From an uncultured delta proteobacterium (GTDB lineage: Bacteria > Desulfobacterota > Syntrophia > Syntrophales > UBA2185), in assembly GCA_963695875.1 (NCBI GenBank), contig CAVOID010000014.1:32001-96000 (forward strand): a stretch of 64,000 bases of DNA, read 5' to 3'. Position numbers and translations under genes: made by a program. Position 1 is the first letter of the stretch. Each line of letters starts with the position of its first letter. Shown one piece after another: positions 20,732 through 31,086 of the stretch. The notes below the pieces were generated by a model, which was not told where the DNA came from, did not search any database, and saw only the letters and a program-made list of their open reading frames with translations.

Positions 20732-20762
20732 ATAAAGAAAAGTGGTGGGAGAGATGAAAGTA

Positions 20763-22341
20763 CTATAGAAAACAGTACGGATCTTTCTCTCTGAAAATAT
20801 CGAGGCCGTGACTGTAAGCATTCGCAAGACAGCCCCCGCACACGTAACGAAGAGGGCATGACCGGCATTCGGCACATCCAGCGCGATAGCGACGCGCGAT
20901 TTCTGAGTCGTATATCTCCCCGATTCTCTGGTCGAATACGTTTCCTATGGGAGAAGGAAACTTCCTGCAGGCATGAACCTCGCCGTCGGCTAGAATGGCG
21001 ACGAAATTGAATGCGGCCCCGCAACCGAAGCCGGTACAGCCGCCAAAGGGTTCCAGACCTTTCCGATACTTGAGGATGTTGATGAGGTTATCCTTCAAGC
21101 CTAAAACAGGGTTTTTACCATAGGCCTCAAGGTACGCTTTCAAGGAAAGACATATATTCCTGCTTTGTCGGAAGTTCAAGGCTCGCCCCTTCACCCACCT
21201 TCGAAAGACGATTGAAATAAAAAACATCCGTCTTCCCGCGCAGCAATTCACCAAGGGGGATAACCTGGTGGATGTTGTCTTTCGTCACGGTGAGCATCAC
21301 CATCGTATAGACTCCCAGTTCACGGAGTATTTCGAGAAAACGCATGGATCTTTCGAAGTGACCTTCTCCCCGGATGAAATCATTGTATTCAGGCAAACCC
21401 TCCAGACTCAACTGAAAAAAATCGGGCTGCTGGATGGAACACAGTGCCTCAACCTGTTCACGGGTTGAGGGATTTCCCAGGACGGACAGGGTAAAACCAC
21501 GGTCAGCGGCAGCCTTGTATATGGATAGAAATTCCGGATGAAGAAGGGGATTACCGCCGGTGAATGATACCCGCCCCTTCACGTGGCGCTCCCGGCAAAA
21601 GATATCGAGGTCATCGATGATTGTGAGTGCCTGCTCAAGTGTCAGCGCGGATCGATCACTCCGGTCATAGCAGTGTTTGCAATGAAGGTCGCAGGCCTGC
21701 GTGATATGCCACTGAAGGACGAATACCGATGACGTAAGAAAGTGTTTGCTCGTGTCAGGTGATGCTTCGTCAAGATCGCGCCGGATACGTGATAGCGGTG
21801 CAATGATGATTCCTCTGTCCACGGCACGATCCATGGCCGCATCAACCGCGAAGATCGGCAGCGTGCCTATTCGCGCCACCTCCCGCCTGTCGATGCCCTC
21901 AAATATCATCTTGAGAATGAGGAGATCCTCCAGTGAGGCAGCCTTCATATGAAGGCCGCCGTCTTCCGGATATTTCCATATCAGGACATATTCGTTTCCC
22001 GGTTCCGGAGCCTGTGGAGATAGAGATGTCACATTATCCACAAGGTTTTTCCATTGAAGCTCAAGTAAAATGAGTGTGGGATTGATGGCCATCTCCTCCG
22101 GATCACCGGGTATGGATACACTATTTTCTTTTACCCGGAAGATATTCCATTCAAGGCGGGCAAGTTCAGCAAGAAATTCAGGAAGGCGGGCATGAGGACC
22201 AAAATAGCTGATGATTTCAGGAAAGTTATCCGGTTTGTTATTCAGGTCATGGCTGGAAATGATCTGCTGCCATATGTCGGGATCAAGAAGGGAGCGACAT
22301 CGGGGATAAATGGCTGCAATGTCACTCTTTGAAGGGTTCAT
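20763..22341 (-). CDS. sbtM: Radical SAM/SPASM peptide maturase of the selenobiotic (thio/seleno-oxazole) family; frameshift near 21135
   Basis: N-terminal FLAELARLEW domain; QWHITQACDLHCKHC; SPASM GCTGFGCGAAFN...CRK...CRSCPLRYVCGGC; lies directly after the Sec-containing peptide gene. Confidence 0.88.
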
Positions 22342-22407
22342 CGATGCTTTTTTGAAACAGGCAAAGGATGGCGCATCTCCTATCGCACTCGTTTTTCACT
22401 TTATCTT

Positions 22408-22459
22408 CCTGCATGGTTTTCAGGGGAATGAACGCCTCAGTCCCTAAAAGCAATACAGG
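22408..22459 (-). promoter_or_regulatory. Long intergenic hairpin between precursor and maturase genes
   Basis: Nested stems CCTGTAT/ATGCAGG, TTTTAGGG/CCCTGAAA and TGA/TCA. Confidence 0.55.
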
Positions 22460-22475
22460 GGGGAAATTGTTTTTG

Positions 22476-22494
22476 ATAGTGCAAACTGCACTAT
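22476..22494 (-). promoter_or_regulatory. SECIS-like hairpin 3 (overlaps the stop codons and 3' UTR)
   Basis: ATAGTGC-AGTTT-GCACTAT starting 14 nt after the UGA at 22509-22511. Confidence 0.7.
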
Positions 22495-22748
22495 TACTTT
22501 GTACCGCCTCAGCTGCTTCCCGGCTTAGCCGGCTGTTCCGTTGGGGTGCTACCTGCACCCGGTTTCGTACCGCTTCAGCTGCTACCGGGCTTGGCCGGTT
22601 GTTCTTTCTGGATGCCACCTGCATCCGGTTTCGTCCCAGTTCAACTGCTGGCCTTTTGCGCACAACCAGACACCATAAGAGCCGAACCGGAAATGAGGGA
22701 GGCCAGGCAGAGCCCTGCAAGAATCTTTTTCAGTTGATCACTGTCCAT
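22494..22748 (-). CDS. sbtA: Selenocysteine-containing RiPP precursor peptide, 84 aa, 3 Sec (selenobiotic family)
   Basis: AAGGAGG RBS; MDSDQLKKILAGLCLASLISGSALMVSGCAQKASSUTGTKPDAGGIQKEQPAKPGSSUSGTKPGAGSTPTEQPAKPGSSUGGTK then TAA TAG; UGA at codons 36, 58 and 80. Confidence 0.9.
22544..22560 (-). promoter_or_regulatory. SECIS-like hairpin 2
   Basis: GGGTGC-AGGTA-GCACCC starting 14 nt after the UGA at 22575-22577; compensatory A-T to G-C change relative to hairpin 1. Confidence 0.75.
22610..22626 (-). promoter_or_regulatory. SECIS-like hairpin 1
   Basis: GGATGC-AGGTG-GCATCC starting 14 nt after the UGA at 22641-22643. Confidence 0.75.
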
Positions 22749-22788
22749 GTTAACCTCCTTAAACGCCAGTCCATCCTTTGCCTGTGTT

Positions 22789-22884
22789 ATTATGAGGAAG
22801 TATTATTGATCCTGTCAAGGAAGATTTCGGTTCCAACAAACTTAGGAAAATGGTCTTGACAAATTGAAAGCTTTTGCATACACT
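22789..22884. promoter_or_regulatory. Divergent sigma70-like promoters for sbtA (-) and the TA operon (+)
   Basis: Minus strand TTGACA(22818)-N18-CATAAT; plus strand TTGACA(22856)-N17-TACACT. Confidence 0.55.
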
Positions 22885-22912
22885 GTAATACAATAATTAC
22901 AAGAGGTGCATC

Positions 22913-23131
22913 ATGAGTACAGCAATATCCATAAGATTACCGGAAGATTTAGCCAAGCAGCTCGACAATATCGCCAAAGAAACAGAGAGGCCTCGTTCCT
23001 TCATCGTACAAAAGGCCCTGGAGTCATACTTGGAGGACTATGCTGATCTCCAGGTGGCTCTTGACAGACTTCACGACAAAGCCGACCCTATCATATCCAG
23101 CAAAAAGATGAGGGAGTCTCTTGGCCTATAA
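22913..23131 (+). CDS. Ribbon-helix-helix antitoxin (CopG/RelB-like)
   Basis: ISIRLPEDL...LDNIAKETERPRSFIVQKALESYLED. Confidence 0.88.
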   Translation: MSTAISIRLPEDLAKQLDNIAKETERPRSFIVQKALESYLEDYADLQVALDRLHDKADPIISSKKMRESLGL

Positions 23132-23377
23132 TATCGTTTACAAAAAATCTGTTTCGAGAGATTTGAATAAGCTTGCCAAAGCGGAAGCGGCTCGAATATT
23201 AAATCAAATTGAAAAGGTGCTTTTAAGAATCCCGAATCTTATCTATCCTTAAAAGGTAAATTTGCAGGACTGCGCAAATTCCGTATTGGTGACTATAGAA
23301 TAATATATGCCATATCGCGATATGATGTCATTATTTTCAGAATTGGTCACGGGAAAAGACCATTTAAAAAAGAATGA
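23121..23377 (+). CDS. RelE/ParE-family toxin (frameshift near 23225; absent from the ORF track)
   Basis: LAYNIVYKKSVSRDLNKL...LKGKFAGLRKFRIGDYRIIY...FRIGH. Confidence 0.85.
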
Positions 23378-23389
23378 AATAGCATGCGG

Positions 23390-23445
23390 CACTCTGCTGC
23401 ACCGACTCGCCCAAAAACGCGCTCCCGGTTGGCTTTGCATTAGAA
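23390..23445 (+). repeat. Degenerate attC-like site
   Basis: GCTGCACCGACTCGCCCAAAAACGCGCTCCCGGTTGGC...ATTAGAA between cassette-like genes. Confidence 0.4.
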
Positions 23446-23458
23446 GTCTGGAGGCGAG

Positions 23459-24469
23459 GTGAATATCTATATCGATGAATCGGGCTCCTTCGTGAACGCT
23501 TCCAAGGTGGGTGCTTGGAACGCTGTTGCCGCCCTTGCTGTTCCCGAAGCTGCGGACGAGAAGATAGATCAACTTCTTGCCCAACTGAAAATATCAAACG
23601 GGCACGAAGCCGGAAGAGAGACCAAGCTCAACGAGGTAACGGAGGATACATACGTTCAGTTTATTGGAAACTTGGCTGACCTAAACACTGTGGTTTTTTC
23701 CACCGCTACCGATGCAGGCCTAAATACGATTGATAGAGTACTTGAGCACCAACAGCACCAAGTCGAAGAGGTCCTGAGACATATCGACAAGATGAAATAC
23801 GAGGGCGGACGACAAGGCGTACTGCTTGTGGCCTCTCAGTTAGGAAAACTGTCTCCCCAGCTTTATGTACAGTTACTCTGTCAGATTAATCTCATGTTTG
23901 ATGTGGTAAGTAGGGTAATTACTTATTATGTACAGCGCGACCCAGGCACTCTTGCTGAATTTAGGTGGCGGATAGACCAAAAAAACATCTCCCGAACGGA
24001 TTTTGAGGATGCATTTGAGAAACTAAGCCCGCCGCTACTTCAAACAAGATCCATGTCAGAGCCGTTGCTGATGGTCAAAGGTTTCGATTACAGTAGCCTG
24101 AGGCAGTATGAATTCGAAAATGGTAAGGCGCCGGATTACCTCAAGGAAGTCTATGGAATTGAGGTTGGAACTGGTTTAAATATACAGAAAATCATTCGAG
24201 GTAATATCAAGTTCATGGATTCCCAAGATTCACCAGGCATTCAGGCAATAGACTTAGTAGTATCAGGAATCCGTAGGTGTCTTAGAAGACAGTTTTCAGA
24301 TAACGACAAGGCAGCATCCACGCTTGGGAGGCTCATGCTGCAAGCGAAGCACAATGCTCCGCCTCTAAATCTCATCTCCTTCGCCAATGACCGGCCAGTG
24401 ACAATAGAAGTTGAACGGTTGGTGAGAATGATGTCTAGAAATTGTAAAAGTATGATTATGAGGTCTTGA
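23459..24469 (+). CDS. DUF3800-family (RNase H-like) protein, gene cassette
   Basis: MNIYIDESG N-terminus and DSQDSPGIQAIDL C-terminal motif. Confidence 0.85.
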   Translation: MNIYIDESGSFVNASKVGAWNAVAALAVPEAADEKIDQLLAQLKISNGHEAGRETKLNEVTEDTYVQFIGNLADLNTVVFSTATDAGLNTIDRVLEHQQHQVEEVLRHIDKMKYEGGRQGVLLVASQLGKLSPQLYVQLLCQINLMFDVVSRVITYYVQRDPGTLAEFRWRIDQKNISRTDFEDAFEKLSPPLLQTRSMSEPLLMVKGFDYSSLRQYEFENGKAPDYLKEVYGIEVGTGLNIQKIIRGNIKFMDSQDSPGIQAIDLVVSGIRRCLRRQFSDNDKAASTLGRLMLQAKHNAPPLNLISFANDRPVTIEVERLVRMMSRNCKSMIMRS

Positions 24470-24490
24470 GTGGGTCATGGTAAAAAGGAT

Positions 24491-24552
24491 TTTTGACAAC
24501 GGCATTAAGGGCGACGGTAAGAATCCGCCGCGCCTTATGCCAAACGTTAGGC
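24491..24552 (+). repeat. Integron attC site
   Basis: TTTGAC-AAC-GGCATTAAGGGCG...CGCCTTATGCC-AAAC-GTTAGGC; perfect GTTRRRY R' box, degenerate R''. Confidence 0.75.
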
Positions 24553-24572
24553 ACTGAGAAGGAGGATAAACC

Positions 24573-25460
24573 CTGAAAGTACCGTGGACTGGCAACAAAT
24601 GTATTCTGTGTCTTCGTGAAAACACTCTTTCCGAAGAGCATCTTATACCTGAGGCGCTCGGAGGACAGCTCAAGTGCGAATTCCTCTGCGAATGCTGCAA
24701 CTCAAGACTGGGGTATAATTTGGAAGCTAATGCGAAGTCCGATCCGTCTATTCTTATGGCTGCCAAGATTCTCAGAGACAAAATCCCGGCGTTAGCAGCG
24801 CCCCTGATCGAGAGTCATCCACACGTTGCATATAGCGAACCCGGCCCAGCACAAGGATATATCAAGAATGGTGAGTTCCGTGTAAAATCAGGGAAATTGG
24901 ATGACGGCTCTCTTATCCAACCAACGGACATGGGAAGAAAAACTCTTCTGAGGCTTCTACGGAAATCCGGATGCCAAGAAGCACCCGCTAGGAAAGCAGT
25001 CTCATTATTTGACGAGGCCCCAGAAAACGAGCGAGTAGAGATTGCTCCCGGATTAGAGGTGGTGAAGTGGCGCATTGATCGTTTGGACGTGGACATGAGC
25101 CGGACGCAGATCATGGACCCACTCATTCCAGCCAAAGCAGCCTTCGAATTCCTTTGCTGCCATGTTGGTTCGAGCCATATACGATGAGGGTCTCCATCTG
25201 TCACAAATACGGTTATCCATCATCAACAAACAAATGAATCCAGATGTCTTCAGAGTTGAAAGGCTTACCTGAACAAATACGAGCCTCTGCATGGCATTTG
25301 TTTTGAAGGAAACGACCCTTATGCAAAGGTTCAGATCAGGTTGTTTGGTTGGCTCGCTTTCCGCGTTCACTTCCTGCATTTGTCGATCAGCGGGCCGGGG
25401 TACGCGTATACTCACCGGCTTGATACTGATGAGGAAAGTATTGATGCCGTTAGTGCCTAG
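24573..25460 (+). CDS. HNH-endonuclease-family cassette gene (CTG start, frameshifts)
   Basis: AAGGAGG RBS; in frame with ORF 24720: KCILCLRENTLSEEHLIPEALGG...LCECCNSRLG. Confidence 0.72.
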
Positions 25461-25565
25461 TACTTATGTTGATTGGTATGGAATCTCATGGGGATTCCTC
25501 CTTCTGGTATCATTTGGCCTTGCCAGAAACTGACTGTACGATGTTTTAGGAGGAGGCCTTAAATA

Positions 25566-25622
25566 GTATCAAGGCAATCCACCGGGCGCTCGTTCCTCGC
25601 GCCGGCGATTTTTTCCTTAGCT
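25566..25622 (+). repeat. Degenerate attC site
   Basis: CAAGGCAATCCACCGGGCGCTCGTTCCTCGCGCCGGCGATTTTTTCCTTAGCT hairpin. Confidence 0.55.
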
Positions 25623-25638
25623 TGAATGGGGCTGCATA

Positions 25639-25857
25639 GTGCGAAGGTTTTTACGAGTATTTGGTTGGCTTCTATTGGTGTCGGGGCTCTTGCTCTGCCT
25701 TCTGGGCATTGCGAATCTGCCCACCGGAGGCTTGATGTTCGCCCTTCCATTCTTTTTCTTCATTCCAGGATTTGTACTTTTAGTTGGTGGAGGTATCTTG
25801 TTGTTTCTTACACGATTTAAGGTAAGTTCCTCTCCGGGATTAAAAGATGCAAGCTAA
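25639..25857 (+). CDS. Small two-TM membrane protein, cassette-like
   Basis: 72-aa hydrophobic ORF directly after an attC-like site. Confidence 0.55.
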   Translation: MRRFLRVFGWLLLVSGLLLCLLGIANLPTGGLMFALPFFFFIPGFVLLVGGGILLFLTRFKVSSSPGLKDAS

Positions 25858-25936
25858 GACTTATAAGGCGCTCAACCCAAAACGCGAGAGATGGGGGACG
25901 GGAATTACAGTTAGGAGTATTTCTCCGGATTTTTCG

Positions 25937-26341
25937 TCACTTCTTATACTCCGCTTCTACGGTAATTGAAATCCCCCCGCGAACCGCGAAATCCGCCGTG
26001 ACCTTGCACCACCGGGGCTTCAGCACGGAAACAAGATCGTCAAGAATCACATTGGTCACATGCTCATGGAAGACACCCTCATTGCGATAAGACCACAGAT
26101 ATAATTTCAGAGATTTGGATTCGACAATCCGCTTATCCGGGATGTACTGGATGGTTAGCCAGGCCAGATCAGGCTGCCCCGTAGCCGGGCAGACACAGGT
26201 GAATTCTTCTGTCTGGAGAGTTACAACGTAATCCCTCTCCGGATGACGGTTGGGAAAGGTTTCTAACTTCTTTGTCGGCTTGGAACCTCGACCGAGTAAA
26301 GTCAACCCATTGAGGTCTGATTTTTGCGTCTTTTTTTTCAT
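25937..26341 (-). CDS. queF: NADPH-dependent 7-cyano-7-deazaguanine (preQ0) reductase
   Basis: EFTCVCPATGQPD, VESKSLKLYL, FHE and RGGI motifs. Confidence 0.95.
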   Translation of the reverse strand: MKKKTQKSDLNGLTLLGRGSKPTKKLETFPNRHPERDYVVTLQTEEFTCVCPATGQPDLAWLTIQYIPDKRIVESKSLKLYLWSYRNEGVFHEHVTNVILDDLVSVLKPRWCKVTADFAVRGGISITVEAEYKK

Positions 26342-26408
26342 GATAGATTTTCTCCTTCTGTGGAACTAAATAACTCCTGGCTTCCCACCTTCAAGACTGT
26401 GCCACAAC

Positions 26409-26505
26409 GTCATTGCGCGGGAGTTGAACTGCCGACAGGCTACTGTCACGATCGAGCGAGGGAACTCTTGAGATTGCCACGCGCCTTACGGTCGCTCGCA
26501 ATGAC
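26409..26505. repeat. GTCATTGCG...CGCAATGAC REP-like element
   Basis: Same family as 6337-6447, 15381-15411 and 31026-31060. Confidence 0.6.
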
Positions 26506-26508
26506 AAA

Positions 26509-27146
26509 TTATGTAATTATCTTCTGTACCCCTGCATAGAAAAAATAAATGGCAAAAAGTATTAGCACAACCGCGCACGTGGCGATGATCCCCCTATACA
26601 GACGGTCGGTGAAAAGATGCCTGCCCTTCCCCACTGCCGTAGAGACCGCTGAATACCATGCAAAATCCGCCAGAATGTGTCCTGTGAAGAAAAAGACGAT
26701 GCCTGCCATGCCATATTGCCAGCTATAAATGACATAACCGAATCCGATTGTCGCCCACCATATTATCCAATAAGGATTAACTATACTTAAAACAGCGCCG
26801 TTTAGTACTATGGAACCACGCGCTTTGATGCTACGGGATTTAATGACATGCTCAACGATGGAAGTGAACGAAACATCCCCACAGCCATCCAGATTAAAAT
26901 AACACCGCCCGATATGGCAACAACAGCAAAGACATCACCACGCTGCAGAAAAGGGGCTATTCCGAACACCAACGCCACCAGAAGGAGGAGTTCCAGAATA
27001 CCGTGTCCAACGATAAGCAGAGGTCCTGCGAAGACTCCTCTTTGCGAGCTTTCACTGATCGTAGCAGTGAGCAAAGGTCCCGGCATCATCGCACCGGAAA
27101 GGGCAATGATAAACGAAGAAAAAAATATAGTAAAAAGTTCCCACAC
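26509..27146 (-). CDS. LysE-family transporter (frameshift near 26810)
   Basis: ALSGAMMPGP, GHGILE, NPYWIIWW and GHILADFAWY motifs. Confidence 0.85.
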
Positions 27147-27164
27147 GGTTTTTAAATAAATTTC

Positions 27165-27666
27165 TTAGACTCTGACTTTTTTGCAATCAATTTTCTTCAT
27201 TCTCACGCCGTCGCCATAAGGATAATAATTTGGAAGGAATTTTGATTCAGTGTAACCGTGCTTAAGAAAGAATAATTTTGCTCCGTCTCTTCCTTCGAGA
27301 GTTTCTAAAACAATAAATGAAACGCCTGATTTAATCAGGTATTCTTCCATCGCATCCAGGAGAAAACTCCCCGCACCTTTGCTTTTATACTCCGGAAGTA
27401 CTCCAATAGAATATATCCTTCCCTTATATTGACCGTTTCGCAGTCTGTTCCTTAGCGCAATGCCGTATCCGACAACTGATTTATTATCATAGAGCATGAA
27501 AAAGGCAGCATTCGGCGAAGATAGAAAATATCGCAATTGCGATCGTGAGATGCATTCATTTTCTGCAAATATACGCTTTTCAAGTTCATATATTTGGTCA
27601 ATATCAATTTTTGAAGCTGGTATGATAGAAGATTGTCAAATTGTTGAACGACTTTTGTTTGAGCAT
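27165..27666 (-). CDS. GNAT acetyltransferase, RimI-like (probable 5' frameshift)
   Basis: RIYSIGVLPEYKSKGAG motif A; frame extends upstream through IDQIYELEKRIF. Confidence 0.75.
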
Positions 27667-27750
27667 TTATAACACTGCTTATCTTTTTTGATTCCGGATC
27701 TATAAGGTTTACAAATGAAGTTTTCTTAGAAAAACATTTACAATCTCCTA

Positions 27751-28376
27751 TTAAGAGTTAAGACGATGTTTCTTTTCCACTTCCAGGATATCATCCCATA
27801 TCTCATAAACAATCTCCCGGGTCTCATCCGGTGAATCCTGATTGTCAATGACTATATCAGCATATGGGATCTTGTCATCGATGGGCATCTGGGAGGCGAG
27901 CCTCTTCACGGCTTCTTCCCTGCTGTATCCGTTTCTGTCCATTAACCGTTCTATCTGTACCTCAGGAGCTATATATACCAATATAACAATATCTACCTGA
28001 TCCTGCATCCCCACTTCGATAAGGAGAGGCACATCGGATATGACAACTAGCACATGGATCAATTTCATAGATATCATCTATTCTCCGCCTCCATTCCTCG
28101 AAAACTGCGGGGTGAACTATACTGTTGAGTACGGAAAGTTTCTTTTGGTCTGCAAAGACGATCAAACCGAGTTCAACCCTGTTTATTGTCCGGTCCTCGT
28201 TTAGTATGTCCGATCCAAAATAATCCACAATAGCCTTCCATGCAGGCTTGATCCGGTTCCTCCACGAAGTGGGCCAGTTCGTCGAAGTCGATCAGGTAAG
28301 CTCCCCGCTCCTGAAACATCTTCGCCACAGTTGATTTACCGGAGGCGATGCCTCCTGTCAGACCTACATTCAGCAT
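27751..28376 (-). CDS. coaE: Dephospho-CoA kinase (frameshifts)
   Basis: GLTGGIASGKST, LNSIVHP, DVPLL and RLASQMP motifs. Confidence 0.9.
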
Positions 28377-28440
28377 AGTGACACTCAACTTGTTGTAGAC
28401 AATACAGCCTTCCGGTAGAAACCTGGAGGATCCATAATAA

Positions 28441-28492
28441 GACTGGATTCCCCCGTATCAAGTACGGGGCATGCTTATCAAGGACGGAATGA
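28441..28492. repeat. REP-like palindrome
   Basis: CTGGATTCCCCCGTATCAAGTACGGGG...CGGAATGAC. Confidence 0.45.
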
Positions 28493-28527
28493 CATTTAAA
28501 AGTTTATTTTAGCGTGTAATGACAAGG

Positions 28528-29293
28528 TCAGCAATTCCGCTTGTAAATAATTCGAAGCCCTTCCAACGTCAGCATCTCATCGACAATGTTAATGCTTTTA
28601 GTTTCAGCAGCGATGATTGTCGCCAGCCCCCCGGTTGCTATAACCTTCGGGTCTGACTTGACTTCTGATTTAATACGATCAACAAGGCCGTCCACGAGAC
28701 CCGCATAACCGAACAATATGCCTGCCTGCATACTGCTTACCGTATCTTTACCGATGACTGATTTCGGCCTGCCTATTTCTACCCTCGGCAGTTTTGCCGT
28801 CTTGTTGAAAAGGGCCTCACTCGCTATCATGATGCCCGGCGATATGCATCCACCCATGTATTCCCCTTTTTTTGATACATAGTCGAAGGTTGTGGCAGTG
28901 CCGAAATCCACAATTATGATATCTCCCCCGTACTTTTCATATGCCGCTACAGCATTGACAATTCGGTCTGCTCCTACTTCTTTCGGGTTATCATACAGAA
29001 TCGGCATCCCGGTTTTAATGCCCGGTTCGACAATAATGGGTTTGACATTAAAATATTTTTTGCAGAGAGGTTCAAGAATGTTGAGCATCGTGGGAACGAC
29101 ACATGAAATAATGATGTCCTTGATGGCCCTCGGTCTGAATCTTGCTGTTTTTGTAAAGATTGTAGATCAACATACCGTACTCATCGACGGTATGATCTAC
29201 AACTGTCCTGATCCTCCAGTCATGGACCAGTTCATCCTGGTCATACAAACCCAAAACCGTATTGGTATTTCCGACATCGATGACTAAAAGCAT
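28528..29293 (-). CDS. coaX: Type III pantothenate kinase (frameshift)
   Basis: [16 protein letters not shown] and VDFGTATT motifs. Confidence 0.93.
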
Positions 29294-29294
29294 A

Positions 29295-30092
29295 TCATAT
29301 ATCCTTTACAATTGTCGCATCACCGGCCATGACCCTTCTGATGACATCATTTTCATCAGAGATGATGAGAGCCCCAAAATCGTCAATACCAAGGACTTCT
29401 CCTGCCTGAACATTATCGTTAAACACTACCTGAATGTGCTTCCCGACCATGTCCGAGTATCGAAGCCACATATCCTTTAAGGAACCAAACCCCTCCGTGA
29501 GCAGCCTGGTATATAAATATTCTAAATTATCAAATAATTTTACAGTTAAATCAAGCCGTGAAATTTCACTTCCCGCCTCTTCCTTCAGAGATGTGGCAAT
29601 GTCACGAAACGACTCGTCAAAATCAACTCTTTCTATGTTAACATTAATGCCGATTCCTACGATTATGAAATCCACCCCTTTCGCGGCAGAAGCGCTCATC
29701 TCCGTCAGGATGCCGCAGACCTTTTTGCCCCTGATCTGAACATCATTCGGCCATTTGAGCGTTACATTGTCCGGACAGTAAACCGACAAAAGATCGGCAA
29801 CGGCGACACCTGTCATCAGGGTGATCTGGGGGGCAAAAACGGGATCTATCGCAGGCCTCAATATAATAGAGGTATAAATATTACAGCCGGGGGGTGATTG
29901 CCATTGCCTCTTCAGACGGCCCTTTCCTCTGGTCTGACAATCCGCAATGACGACAGTTCCTTCGGGAACGCCACTGATGGCAAGCTGGAAAGCAACGTCG
30001 TTTGTCGAATCGACTTCCTCGAAAAATTGGATATTGTTTCCTATCCGCTTCCCCGAAAGACGGACAGCCAGGATTCGTTCATTAAATTCCAT
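29295..30092 (-). CDS. birA: Biotin--[acetyl-CoA carboxylase] ligase (no HTH)
   Basis: [17 protein letters not shown] and KKVCGIL motifs. Confidence 0.93.
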   Translation of the reverse strand: MEFNERILAVRLSGKRIGNNIQFFEEVDSTNDVAFQLAISGVPEGTVVIADCQTRGKGRLKRQWQSPPGCNIYTSIILRPAIDPVFAPQITLMTGVAVADLLSVYCPDNVTLKWPNDVQIRGKKVCGILTEMSASAAKGVDFIIVGIGINVNIERVDFDESFRDIATSLKEEAGSEISRLDLTVKLFDNLEYLYTRLLTEGFGSLKDMWLRYSDMVGKHIQVVFNDNVQAGEVLGIDDFGALIISDENDVIRRVMAGDATIVKDI

Positions 30093-30117
30093 CGCATTGA
30101 TTAAACTGGTGGTAACG

Positions 30118-30953
<836 letters not shown>

Positions 30954-31025
30954 GATAAAAGAGACATCCCAATTTTTAAAAAATGAAAGAAAGATTTGAA
31001 AATTTCAACTAGGTCATTACGATAT

Positions 31026-31060
31026 GAGATTGCCGCGGAGCTAAAGCTCCTCGCAATGAC
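31026..31060. repeat. REP-like half element
   Basis: GAGATTGCCGCGGAGCTAAAGCTCCTCGCAATGAC. Confidence 0.55.
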
Positions 31061-31086
31061 ACGAAAAACAATTGTTGATATTCCTT

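Noticed and set aside
22500..22650. 66-nt periodic repeat as a CRISPR array
   Set aside because: It is an in-frame coding duplication without unique spacers, and there are no cas genes.
22322..22859. ORF-track calls 22322-22720(-), 22368-22859(+) and 22546-22737(+)
   Set aside because: Shadow frames of the Sec-containing precursor; they lack the strong RBS and leader that the sbtA frame has.
24470..24552. DUF3800-associated structured ncRNA
   Set aside because: The hairpin after the gene ends in GTTAGGC and fits attC better.
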